Assembly: GCA_041742355.1 (NCBI GenBank) | Contig: JBGSIV010000158.1 | Coordinates: 1 to 28,652 of the forward strand | From: Candidatus Zixiibacteriota bacterium | GTDB lineage: Bacteria; Zixibacteria; MSB-5A5; GN15; FEB-12 | DNA: 28,652 bases | Direction of reading: 5' to 3' | Shown: positions 19,427 to 27,859 of the stretch, in pieces | Layout: every line of letters begins with the position of its first letter | Numbering within the stretch: position 1 is the first letter of the stretch | The notes under the pieces: generated by a model | The model's database searches: none | Seen by the model: the letters and a program-made list of their open reading frames with translations, nothing else | Told to the model about the DNA's origin: nothing | Translations under genes and position numbers: made by a program

Positions 19427-19429
19427 TTT
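19391..19429 (+). terminator. Intrinsic terminator
   Basis: 11-bp stem ACCCAGGCAGG/CCTGCTTGGGT followed by TTTTTATTT. One G-U pair favours the plus strand. Confidence 0.75.
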
Positions 19430-19621
19430 GTGGTCCTCCCGGTTTCATCGCCAGCTCCCTCACACCAAACTGCTGGCTCTTCACCAGGCACTTCTCGAAC
19501 CATCTCCTCCAATACCCCGGCCAAAGAACCATAACCACTCTCGCTCTGACCGCGGCGGACTAGCAATCCTGCCACAATCAGCGACAAACATCCGAAAATC
19601 TCATCGCTCCCACGAATTGGC

Positions 19622-19692
19622 TTGACAGCTCCCCTTAATCACGATAAAATAACTCCCGATTTGTCAAATGAAATTGGTTTTCAATTTCATTT
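19622..19692 (+). promoter_or_regulatory. Sigma70 promoter plus Fur/Zur-like palindromic operator
   Basis: TTGACA-17 nt-TAAAAT (19622-19650), then the perfect 11-bp inverted repeat AAATGAAATTG-GTTTT-CAATTTCATTT (19666-19692). Confidence 0.7.
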
Positions 19693-19736
19693 ACGACCGT
19701 TAATTGAAACCGCATAGATACTTGGGAGACACAACG

Positions 19737-20459
19737 GTGAAAAACTCACTCTTTTTAGCCGCAGCGGCCGCCGCACTCACGCTCATCGCCAACTCGGCCC
19801 ACGCCGACCGGCGCGAATTCGTCTGGACCTACCAGACCCTCATGCAGGTTCCGGACGCTTACGAACTCGAGCTGTACCAAACCACGCGGATCGATGAAAC
19901 CAACAGCTGGGAGTACCGCATTGAGATCGAGCATGGCCTCTCCCCGCGCTGGGACATGTCGATCTACCAGATCTTCGCCCAGAACGAAGACGAAGCACTC
20001 AGGTGGGATGCTTTCCAGCTTCGCACGCGCTACCGCTTGACCGAGCCGGGGAGCACCCCATTGGATCCCATCCTCTACCTCGAGTACAACCGCAAGCTCG
20101 ATTTCGACCGCCAGAACAAGTTCGAGGCGAAAGTCCTCCTCGGTGAAGACACCGAGCGCTGGTCGGTAGCGGTGAACCCGGTGTACGAGTTCTTCTGGGC
20201 GCCGGGGGATCCGGTGCATGAGATCGGCCTTGACGCCGGTGTGTCGTATGAACTGACGCCGAACCGGTTCGGGATCGGTCTGGAATCGACCACCCGCCAC
20301 GAGTTCGTCCCCGACGCCGAGGACGAGACAGGCTCGTACTTCGGGCCGACGGTTTCATTCGCCTCCGGCGGAATCTACTACACGCTCGGCTACGCCTGGG
20401 GGCTGACCGATAGCAGCAACGACGCCCGGATTCGCTTCCTCATGGGGATTGCCCTGTGA
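19737..20459 (+). CDS. Secreted putative outer-membrane beta-barrel protein (DUF6662-like)
   Basis: GTG 19737 follows GGGAG. Signal peptide ends AHA-D. Alternating amphipathic strands (YELELY, YRIEIEHG, PILYLEY, FEAKVLLG, YFGPTVSF) and C-terminal RIRFLMGIAL. Confidence 0.6.
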   Translation: MKNSLFLAAAAAALTLIANSAHADRREFVWTYQTLMQVPDAYELELYQTTRIDETNSWEYRIEIEHGLSPRWDMSIYQIFAQNEDEALRWDAFQLRTRYRLTEPGSTPLDPILYLEYNRKLDFDRQNKFEAKVLLGEDTERWSVAVNPVYEFFWAPGDPVHEIGLDAGVSYELTPNRFGIGLESTTRHEFVPDAEDETGSYFGPTVSFASGGIYYTLGYAWGLTDSSNDARIRFLMGIAL

Positions 20460-20734
20460 CATCGAGAGGAGTACTCATAGCCCTGACTGCAGCCGCGGCG
20501 CTCGTCGTCGCGGCCTGCGGCTCCAAAACGACTCAAGCGGGTGGCTCGGCCGAGGCACAGTCGCCCGGGGAACGAGCGTTCCGGGCCTCCTGCCAGACCT
20601 GTCATGTTCTTCCGAAGCCGACCGCGAAGACCGATGAAGAGTGGCCCGAGATTGTGCAGCGCTACGGTTCCCGCGCGCGGCTGTCTCAGGAGACAATGGC
20701 CCAGATCACGGCGTATTTGATCGCCAACAACTGA
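20456..20734 (+). CDS. Small monoheme c-type cytochrome lipoprotein
   Basis: GTGA overlap with the upstream stop codon. Lipobox VAA-C. GERAFRASCQTCH (CxxCH) and C-terminal ITAYL. Confidence 0.8.
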   Translation: MTSRGVLIALTAAAALVVAACGSKTTQAGGSAEAQSPGERAFRASCQTCHVLPKPTAKTDEEWPEIVQRYGSRARLSQETMAQITAYLIANN

Positions 20735-20743
20735 TGTTCTCAC

Positions 20744-20774
20744 CGGCACGGACAAGCGTCTCTTGTCCGTGCCG
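20744..20774. repeat. 13-bp palindromic hairpin (REP-like or terminator)
   Basis: CGGCACGGACAAG-CGTCT-CTTGTCCGTGCCG directly after the cytochrome stop codon. No U-tract. Confidence 0.6.
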
Positions 20775-20822
20775 CCGCCTGTGCGGCACGGCACGGGACC
20801 AGCGAGCGCGCTCAATTCCACG

Positions 20823-20851
20823 TTGACACTCCCCCTCCTCCCCCCTACCTT
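20823..20851 (+). promoter_or_regulatory. Promoter for a probably leaderless pgsA operon transcript
   Basis: TTGACA-17 nt-TACCTT, ending 8 nt before ATG 20860. No Shine-Dalgarno sequence. Confidence 0.6.
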
Positions 20852-20859
20852 TCAGTCGC

Positions 20860-21447
20860 ATGAACACGCCCAACAAGCTGACATTGCTCCGGGTCATCAT
20901 CGCCCCGATCTTCATGTACTTCTTCCTGCTTGACAGCTACTACATGAAGCTGCTGGCGCTCGGCCTGTTCGTGGTCGCCGCGCTGACCGACATGGCCGAC
21001 GGCTACTACGCCCGCAAGTACGGCATTATCACCGGCTTCGGCAAATTCATGGACCCCCTCGCCGACAAGATCCTGGTCTCCTGCGCCCTCATCTCGTTTA
21101 TCGCCCTGGGCATCGTCTCCCCCCTCCCGGTCATGCTCATCATCGGGCGGGAGTTCTCAATCACCGGCTTGCGGCTCCTGGCCGCCTACCGAGGGGTAAT
21201 CATTCCGCCGAGCTGGTGGGCCAAGGTCAAAACCTTTCTCCAACTGACCGTCGTCGGACTGGTCCTCGCCTATATCAACCTGCTTCTGACGCTCGAGCAT
21301 TTCCAGAGCCCGGCGCTCCCCTATTTCCAGTTTGATTATCCGTTTTATTTCAATATGCTCCTGTGGATAACCGCGGTCATAACCGTCTGGACCGGCATCA
21401 GCTACGTGGCCAAGTACTACTACATGATCAAGACCGTGCTGAAATAA
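20860..21447 (+). CDS. pgsA: CDP-diacylglycerol--glycerol-3-phosphate 3-phosphatidyltransferase
   Basis: PNKLTLLRV and the CDP-alcohol phosphotransferase motif DMADGYYARKYGIITGFGKFMDPLADK. Also IIGREF and AKVKT. Confidence 0.93.
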   Translation: MNTPNKLTLLRVIIAPIFMYFFLLDSYYMKLLALGLFVVAALTDMADGYYARKYGIITGFGKFMDPLADKILVSCALISFIALGIVSPLPVMLIIGREFSITGLRLLAAYRGVIIPPSWWAKVKTFLQLTVVGLVLAYINLLLTLEHFQSPALPYFQFDYPFYFNMLLWITAVITVWTGISYVAKYYYMIKTVLK

Positions 21448-21457
21448 CGGGAGAGCC

Positions 21458-21922
21458 ATGAAACGCGCGCTCGTCAAGTTTATCGCCAGCGGCCTGTACA
21501 CCGGCTACTCGCCGATCGTTCCCGGCACCACCGGAACCGTCCCGGCTTGGCTGATCGCCTGGTTCCTGATCGGCGGCAACCAGATCTGGCTCGGGATTGC
21601 GACCGTGCTCATGTTTTTCGTGTCGGTCTGGTCGGCCACCGAGGCGGAGAAGATTTACGGCCACGACTCCAAGAAGATCGTGACCGACGAATGGATCGGG
21701 ATGTTCCTGTCGCTGTTGCTGGTACCGTATTCGCTGCTGAACTATACGATCGCCTTCGTGGCGTTTCGGCTGTTCGATGTGATCAAGCTGCCGCCAGCGG
21801 CCCAGGCCGAGCGGCTGCCCCGGGGCTGGGGGGTGACTATGGACGATGTCGTGGCCGGGATTCAGGCGAATATCGCCACCCAGATCATCATCTGGGCCAT
21901 CGCCCGGTTTGCCTCGCAGTAG
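21458..21922 (+). CDS. pgpA: Phosphatidylglycerophosphatase A
   Basis: Motifs GYSPIVPGTTGT, HDSKKIVTDEWIG, FRLFDVIK and GWGVTMDDVVAG. Confidence 0.93.
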   Translation: MKRALVKFIASGLYTGYSPIVPGTTGTVPAWLIAWFLIGGNQIWLGIATVLMFFVSVWSATEAEKIYGHDSKKIVTDEWIGMFLSLLLVPYSLLNYTIAFVAFRLFDVIKLPPAAQAERLPRGWGVTMDDVVAGIQANIATQIIIWAIARFASQ

Positions 21923-21943
21923 TGCCAGGAGGGTACAAAGCGT

Positions 21944-23191
21944 ATGCCCATGGATGTGGAGATTATCACGATCGGCGACGAGCTGATCACCGGCCACCGG
22001 TTAGACACCAACTCGGCTTTCATCGCCCAGCAGTTGACCAGGATCGGGTTGAATGTCCGTTACATGAGCTCGGTCGGCGACTCGGTCGACGCGATGGAGG
22101 AGGCTTTCCGCCTCGCGGTCAAACGGGCGCAGATTGTCATCACGACCGGCGGACTCGGCCCCACCGATGACGATATCACCAAGAAAGCGATCGTCAAGGT
22201 CTTCAAGCGTAACCTGATCTTCAATGAAGATGTGCTTGAGGTCATGCGCGACCGCTTCGCCCGGCGCGGGGTCGAAATGCCCGCGATCAACCAGAACCAG
22301 GCGCTGCTGCCCCAGGGAGCGACCATCTTTCCCAACCAGTACGGCTCCGCGGTCGGGCTCTGCCTCGCCGAGGAGGGCAGGGTGTTCATCGCGCTGCCCG
22401 GCGTCCCGTTCGAAATGAAGCAGATCCTGATCGACGAAGTCATGCCCTACCTGAGAGAACTCAATATCGGCCAGGCGCTGGAAGTGATCTCCCTGCGGAC
22501 CACCGGCGCGATGGAATCCAAACTGGCCGAGCTGATCATGCCCGGATTGAAACTCGAGCCGGGGGTGAAACTCGCCTACCTGCCGTCGCCGTCGGCCATC
22601 GAACTGCGCGTCATGGCCACCGCCGAAACCCAGGACGAAGCGACAGCCAAGGCACAGGCACTGGTGCGCTACCTCGAATCGGTCGTCGGCAAATATATCT
22701 TCGGGCAGGGCGACGATACCCTCGAAGTGATTGTCGGCCAACTCCTCAAAGACAACGATCGGACACTGGCGGTGGCCGAATCGTGCACCGGCGGCGGGCT
22801 GGGGATGCTGCTCACTTCGGTGCCGGGATCCTCGGCCTACTTCCTCGGCGGCTTGGTCGCCTACGCCAACAGCGTGAAGATCGAACAGCTCGGGGTGGAC
22901 CCGAAAATACTCGACCAGTGCGGGGCGGTAAGCGAAGAATGCGCGATTGCTATGGCCGACGGCTGCCGCAAACGGTTCCAGTCGGACTACGCCCTGTCGA
23001 TCACCGGAGTCGCCGGCCCCGACGGGGGCACCGAGGCCAAGCCGGTCGGGACTGTCTGGATCGGGCTGTCGTCGATACACGGTTCGTACGCGAAGCATTT
23101 CCGCTTCGGCCTTCTGCGGGAAGCGATCCGCGAACGGGCGGCCTGTGCCGCACTCGAGATGTTGCGCCGCGAAATCCTGGATATCAAGTAA
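21944..23191 (+). CDS. cinA: Competence/damage-inducible protein CinA (MoCF-like domain + PncC NMN deamidase)
   Basis: Motifs ITIGDELITG..DTNS, TTGGLGPTDDDIT, LPGVPFEM, AVAESCTGG, GAVSEECA, SITGVAGPDGG and KPVGTVWIG. Confidence 0.94.
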   Translation: MPMDVEIITIGDELITGHRLDTNSAFIAQQLTRIGLNVRYMSSVGDSVDAMEEAFRLAVKRAQIVITTGGLGPTDDDITKKAIVKVFKRNLIFNEDVLEVMRDRFARRGVEMPAINQNQALLPQGATIFPNQYGSAVGLCLAEEGRVFIALPGVPFEMKQILIDEVMPYLRELNIGQALEVISLRTTGAMESKLAELIMPGLKLEPGVKLAYLPSPSAIELRVMATAETQDEATAKAQALVRYLESVVGKYIFGQGDDTLEVIVGQLLKDNDRTLAVAESCTGGGLGMLLTSVPGSSAYFLGGLVAYANSVKIEQLGVDPKILDQCGAVSEECAIAMADGCRKRFQSDYALSITGVAGPDGGTEAKPVGTVWIGLSSIHGSYAKHFRFGLLREAIRERAACAALEMLRREILDIK

Positions 23192-23778
23192 TGCGACTCT
23201 TTATCGGGCTCCCGTTGCCGCACGAAGTCGAGACTGAACTCGGCCGGATAATCGCGCACCTCAAAACACAGGGTGGACGGGTCACCTGGGTGGCGCCGGA
23301 GAATATCCACATGACGGTGCGGTTCCTCGGCGAGACCGACGACGCCCGGGTGCCGAGACTCATAGCGCTTATCAACGAGGTCGCGCAGCACCTCCGGCCG
23401 GCCCGCCTCCAGATCGACCGGCTGGGTGGCTTTCCCAATATCCTCAAGCCGCGGGTAATCTGGGCCGGCGTGACACCGGGTTCGGATGTCGACCGCCTGG
23501 AAAAAATGGCCCGTCATGTTGAGCTTGAGGTGCGGCAGATGCGTTTCGGACCGGACCAGAAGGGGTTCAAACCCCATTTGACTCTGGGTCGAGTGAAGGA
23601 TCCCTCGAACCTGCAGCAACTCGCGTCGACTATCAGCTCCTACCAAATCGATCCCATCAAAGTATACTTGGACCGCCTGGTGCTTTTCAAGTCAACCCTG
23701 ACGCCGCAGGGCTCGATTTACGAACGTCTGCACGAAGCGATGTTGGGCGAAGAGCGCGAAGACCGGCTGGAGGGATAG
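23191..23778 (+). CDS. thpR: RNA 2',3'-cyclic phosphodiesterase (2H family, '2'-5' RNA ligase')
   Basis: TAATG overlap with the cinA stop codon. MRLFIG, two HxT motifs (NIHMTVRFLG, FKPHLTLGRV), GGFP..PRVIWAG and STLTPQGSIY. Confidence 0.92.
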   Translation: MRLFIGLPLPHEVETELGRIIAHLKTQGGRVTWVAPENIHMTVRFLGETDDARVPRLIALINEVAQHLRPARLQIDRLGGFPNILKPRVIWAGVTPGSDVDRLEKMARHVELEVRQMRFGPDQKGFKPHLTLGRVKDPSNLQQLASTISSYQIDPIKVYLDRLVLFKSTLTPQGSIYERLHEAMLGEEREDRLEG

Positions 23779-23781
23779 CGA

Positions 23782-23810
23782 GTAGGGCAGGAGTCCCTCA
23801 GACTCCTGCC
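23782..23810 (+). repeat. GTAG-type REP-like palindrome
   Basis: GTAG-GGCAGGAGTC-CCTCA-GACTCCTGCC, with a near copy at 13163-13190. Confidence 0.8.
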
Positions 23811-23878
23811 TAATGTCACCCAACCAGGCCATTGCCTGTTAGTGAGGTCGAAGGGTCACTTGGCGCCACTGTTAATTC

Positions 23879-26800
23879 CTACGGACACGCCACCGGCGCT
23901 GGACCACCCCGGAAGAGGTAGTTGACCATATAAGTCAAATCGGAGACATTGGTACCACTTGATCCATTCACATCGGCCGCCTGCTCCACAGGAGGCTTCA
24001 AACCCCCTTTGAAGAGATAGTTGACCAGAGAGGTCAAGTCCGCGACATTAATCGACCGATCGGCATTGATATCACCACACTTCCACTCCACCCGAAACGA
24101 ACGCGTCTGCGTAGAGGCAACCGTCGCATTCCAGTCGTCGTGGGCGTACACTCTCCAGTAATAGGTCGCCGTGTCCACTGCGCTCTTCCAAAGCCCGCCT
24201 CCGAAGGAATACGCTGTGTCCGCACCTACTTCAACGACCGCCGAATCCGCCAAGGTAGGATCAGTCGCGATCACGACCCGGTAAGACACTATGTGCCCCG
24301 GATTCGGATCTACTGCCCGTCGCCAATGCAGGGACGCCGGAAGACCCGAAAACACAGTATCCGCCACAGTCAGCAGGTCAAACGCCTCGGGCGCGAGATT
24401 TTCAAAGGTCGGCAGTGGTTCGTACATCGCCGGCACGGTTGATAATGGCAGGCTGTCGACCAGAACCAGCGGCTCCTGGTAGTATGTGTATTCCGCAACG
24501 ACAGATACAATTTCATCCGGATCGGCCCCTGCTTGTGGTGCAACCTCCACCGTAACATCTCCCAGCACGCTATCCAACGGCACGATCACCACCTGTTCCG
24601 AATCACCGTCAAGGTCGCTGTCAAACACGTAGTAGTCCGCGCCTGGGATCTCGTTGAGTGTCGGGGATACCCGTCGACCAAGGGGATCGCTGACTGTGAT
24701 CTCAATAGGCGAGTGCCCGCGGATGACTATAGCCTTATCGATTTTCGGGTACAACCCCATCAGCACTGCATCAAATCCGTGCATGTTAAAGATCACGCCC
24801 AATGAAGGGAATGGATTTTGGGCGCCGCCGAGGCATTCATTGAACCGATTCTCCACCAACTGTCGTGTTCCTGAGAATCCGAACCCCTCCTCTACCAGCT
24901 TCTTCCAGGATTGCGGTTTATTGTGCTTGAAGCCGAATATTCCTACGATAATATCTCCCACCTCAACACCCGACTTCGCCCCTTGATAAGTGCAGTTGTC
25001 AATCAGATTCGCCTGCCGGGCGAGGTCAAGACCTCCGTCGATCTTACCGACCATCGTATTCCACGGTACACTCAATCCAGTCCAAGTCAATCCGCCAATT
25101 CCCAACACGCAGCTCCCGAGATTCCACGGCTGTGACAGATTGCACTTCTGAAGTTGAATTTTCGATCCTTCAACGACCGGATTCCCACCGTCGAACGTTC
25201 GCTGCCAACCAGTTGTGATGTCAGCCTTCATTGCGCCGAACATCGCCACTAAGCCGTCTCCTAGTACTTTACCAGATGCCTGATAGGCCGAGTTAGCCGC
25301 TCGAAACGCAAGAAAGTCCGTTGCCTTCGGCATATTCTTCCTAACCGTCTTGGCCGTAGTGTTAATCTTACGTGACAGCCACCACACCTTCTCGCGCACT
25401 CCTCCTGCCTTCTCGTCATAGGTTGTTGTGTCTTTCAAAGCCACTCCGTAAGCCTCCCGCACAAGACCGCCCGCGGTGCTGCACGCAAAAACATACAGAT
25501 GGAGCCCTTCCACCGTACCAGCCGTCGGTGCCGAATATATGAAACTTCCGTCTGGTTGCACTGTGCACGAAGCCACCGTGTCCCGTGCGGGGTCCTCGAC
25601 TGTGACCATCCCGCTCGCCGGTATGTATGCGGCTCCTTCGTGGGTGGAAAGGTAGCCTGTGATCGCCACTTGGTCGCCAATATACTCTCCAACAACTGAC
25701 TCCTCGAAGGAGAACTGCGGATACGGGTCCGTCACCCGCACGTCGTCAAACTCAATGTCGCATGTGCCAAACGCACCGGTATAGCACGTGATCCCGACCC
25801 CGCCCGAGTAGTAGACATCAGCTGTATCGGTAAACGCAATCTTCTCCACGCCGTCCACGTACACATGGAACGTTTCGTCGACACACGTCACTTTGAGCGA
25901 GTACCAAACCCCGTTCGCATTTGGCACTGCCGCCTGAGCCAGTACCGTGGGCATCCCGGCATCTTGCCGCTTGGTTAGCAACAGCTGACCGTCGCTGGAT
26001 CGCAGGTTCAGGCCGTACCAGCGGTACTCGTCCTGCACGCGGAAGTTGACTACCTTATCGACCCCGTCGTTCCCCTTGACCTTCACCTCATAGTCGTAGT
26101 TTCGCCAGGTCATGTCGCCGATAGCCTTGGTGCAGTATACCTGCTGGCCGGTTGCTACCGCGTGGAAGGTGGTAGCTGTCGCGTCCCAAGTGCAACCACC
26201 CTCAATCGTCCACCATGTCGGGTCCGCGCCACCGGCAAAGTCATCACAGAACATCCCAGTGAAACCGTCACAGAAACCCTGCACTCCCTCCCCACTCAAC
26301 TTGGTGACAAACGCATCGACAATGTCTTGATAAGTCTGATAGGGGTTTTGAGTAGGGAAGTCCATCCACGAACTTACTCCCGTCACATACGCACTCCCCG
26401 TTCCATCGACCGCAATGCTGTAGCCAACATCGTGGAAGCTTCCGCCCAGATAGGTGCTGTAGACCAAACCGCTGCCGTTACTGGAGAGCTTGCTGACAAA
26501 GACATCTTCATAGCCGTTATAACTGCCGTCGTAGGCATTCTGCATGGGAAAATCGGTGGACCAAGTCTCCCCCGTCACGTAGGCGCTCCCCGAGCCGTCC
26601 ACGGCTATGCAATGGCCTCGATCATCGCTGCCCCCCCCCAGGTAGGTGCTGTAGACCAAACTGCTGCCGCTAGTGGAGAGTTTACTGACAAAGAGATCCC
26701 AGTCGCCGTTATGACTGCCGTCGTAGGCTTTCTGCATCGGAAAATCGGTGGAAATAGTATGCCCCGTCACGTAGGCGCTCCCCGAGCCATCCACGGCTAT

Positions 26801-27640
26801 GCCATAGCTCCATTCGTAGTCGGCCCCCCCCAAATAGGTACTGTAGACCAGAGCCACCGCCTCGGGACTCCGAACCGCCGACATGCTCTCCTCTGAATCC
26901 GAACTCTTCCCCTCACCATCTTCTGCCACTCGGGCATTCAATGTAACTCTCGCGTCCCCCCTCGGAGCCGCCAGAATCCCTTCTATCCGTCCAAACGCCG
27001 TCTCGCCGATGACGATCCCTTCGCCCCCTTCTACCATCTCTGCAACCCCGGCATACTCCAACCGGGCAGTTGTGATATCCGCGTCCGCGGACACCCTGTA
27101 ATTGTATGTAAGCAACCCATTCGCTCCTCCGGCGAACTGGATATCGATCCCCTCATACACCCCCCGCATCGTCACCCTCTCATAGTTCGGCACATCCGTC
27201 GCCCACTTCTCCGGATCATTCCCAATGAAGTAGTTGTACCGGTACTCCATCAACCCCTCCGCCACCACCTCCGGCTCCGGATTGCTCCCCACAAACGCCG
27301 CCTTCACCAGCATCGTTTCGACACTGTCCCGCTCGTGCCCGAACTTCCCCGGCATCTGTGGCCCACCATTTATGGTGGGATCTTCTTCCCCCGACTTCTC
27401 AATCCTTCGGAACAACTGATAGTACACCCCAGTCCTGGTGATCCACACCACAGCCCCGCCGGCATCTGCCCGGAACAGGATTGAATCAGGCCACTGCCCC
27501 TTGTTCTCGGTAAACGCGACAGGCATGGACGACGGGTTCGTCTGAACCGATGGCGTCGACTGAGGCTCACCTGCCGCGAGGCAGAACTGCGACCAAAAGC
27601 AGACTGCGAGGATGGAGAAGGCGATTCGCGCGAGGCGCAT
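23879..27640 (-). CDS. Large secreted multidomain protein: SBBP-associated N-domain, 3 SBBP repeats, DUF1080-like beta-sandwich, unknown central domain, FN3-like domain, C-terminal dockerin-like domain
   Basis: ATG 27640 follows GGGAG, and a signal peptide is present. N-domain has FTENKGQW..YNYFIGNDPEKW..VYEGID. Three VYSTYLGG..IAVDGxGSAYVTG units occur at a 192-bp period. Also WYSLKVTC..VYVDG..GGVGI..EFDDVRV, HSPIEITVSDPLGR, YYWRVYAHD and CGDINAD..YLFKGG..DVNGS..YLFRGGPAPVACP. Confidence 0.82.
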   Translation of the reverse strand: MRLARIAFSILAVCFWSQFCLAAGEPQSTPSVQTNPSSMPVAFTENKGQWPDSILFRADAGGAVVWITRTGVYYQLFRRIEKSGEEDPTINGGPQMPGKFGHERDSVETMLVKAAFVGSNPEPEVVAEGLMEYRYNYFIGNDPEKWATDVPNYERVTMRGVYEGIDIQFAGGANGLLTYNYRVSADADITTARLEYAGVAEMVEGGEGIVIGETAFGRIEGILAAPRGDARVTLNARVAEDGEGKSSDSEESMSAVRSPEAVALVYSTYLGGADYEWSYGIAVDGSGSAYVTGHTISTDFPMQKAYDGSHNGDWDLFVSKLSTSGSSLVYSTYLGGGSDDRGHCIAVDGSGSAYVTGETWSTDFPMQNAYDGSYNGYEDVFVSKLSSNGSGLVYSTYLGGSFHDVGYSIAVDGTGSAYVTGVSSWMDFPTQNPYQTYQDIVDAFVTKLSGEGVQGFCDGFTGMFCDDFAGGADPTWWTIEGGCTWDATATTFHAVATGQQVYCTKAIGDMTWRNYDYEVKVKGNDGVDKVVNFRVQDEYRWYGLNLRSSDGQLLLTKRQDAGMPTVLAQAAVPNANGVWYSLKVTCVDETFHVYVDGVEKIAFTDTADVYYSGGVGITCYTGAFGTCDIEFDDVRVTDPYPQFSFEESVVGEYIGDQVAITGYLSTHEGAAYIPASGMVTVEDPARDTVASCTVQPDGSFIYSAPTAGTVEGLHLYVFACSTAGGLVREAYGVALKDTTTYDEKAGGVREKVWWLSRKINTTAKTVRKNMPKATDFLAFRAANSAYQASGKVLGDGLVAMFGAMKADITTGWQRTFDGGNPVVEGSKIQLQKCNLSQPWNLGSCVLGIGGLTWTGLSVPWNTMVGKIDGGLDLARQANLIDNCTYQGAKSGVEVGDIIVGIFGFKHNKPQSWKKLVEEGFGFSGTRQLVENRFNECLGGAQNPFPSLGVIFNMHGFDAVLMGLYPKIDKAIVIRGHSPIEITVSDPLGRRVSPTLNEIPGADYYVFDSDLDGDSEQVVIVPLDSVLGDVTVEVAPQAGADPDEIVSVVAEYTYYQEPLVLVDSLPLSTVPAMYEPLPTFENLAPEAFDLLTVADTVFSGLPASLHWRRAVDPNPGHIVSYRVVIATDPTLADSAVVEVGADTAYSFGGGLWKSAVDTATYYWRVYAHDDWNATVASTQTRSFRVEWKCGDINADRSINVADLTSLVNYLFKGGLKPPVEQAADVNGSSGTNVSDLTYMVNYLFRGGPAPVACP

Positions 27641-27724
27641 ATGCAACTCCCTGCGAGATGTTCGTTTGCTGACCATGATAGGACCGTAAGAGATCGGACG
27701 GACTTTACCCTACACTTCATGCCC

Positions 27725-27753
27725 AATATACTCCAGATTGGCTTTCTGGCCAA
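27725..27753 (-). promoter_or_regulatory. Candidate promoter for the SBBP/dockerin gene
   Basis: Minus-strand TTGGCC-17 nt-TATATT. Confidence 0.35.
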
Positions 27754-27796
27754 AACCTTTCTGGCTATGTATGAACCGCACATCACCGCCAGCCGC

Positions 27797-27848
27797 TTAG
27801 GTCAAGATCCCTGCGATCTTGACCCCTCAAGGTCGCGCTTCGCGACCT
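27797..27848 (+). repeat. Two adjacent REP-like hairpins
   Basis: TTAG-GTCAAGATC-CCTGC-GATCTTGAC (27797-27823) and AGGTCGCG-CTT-CGCGACCT (27830-27848). Confidence 0.75.
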
Positions 27849-27859
27849 GCTCCCCTGTG

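Noticed and set aside
22783..23190. N-terminal extension of the 331-aa ORF containing thpR
   Set aside because: It overlaps cinA out of frame. The real start is ATG 23191, coupled to the cinA stop codon.
26290..26850. Diversity-generating retroelement TR/VR pair in the SBBP repeats
   Set aside because: Differences between units are not confined to adenines of one copy, all units are in-frame coding, and there is no reverse transcriptase in the window.
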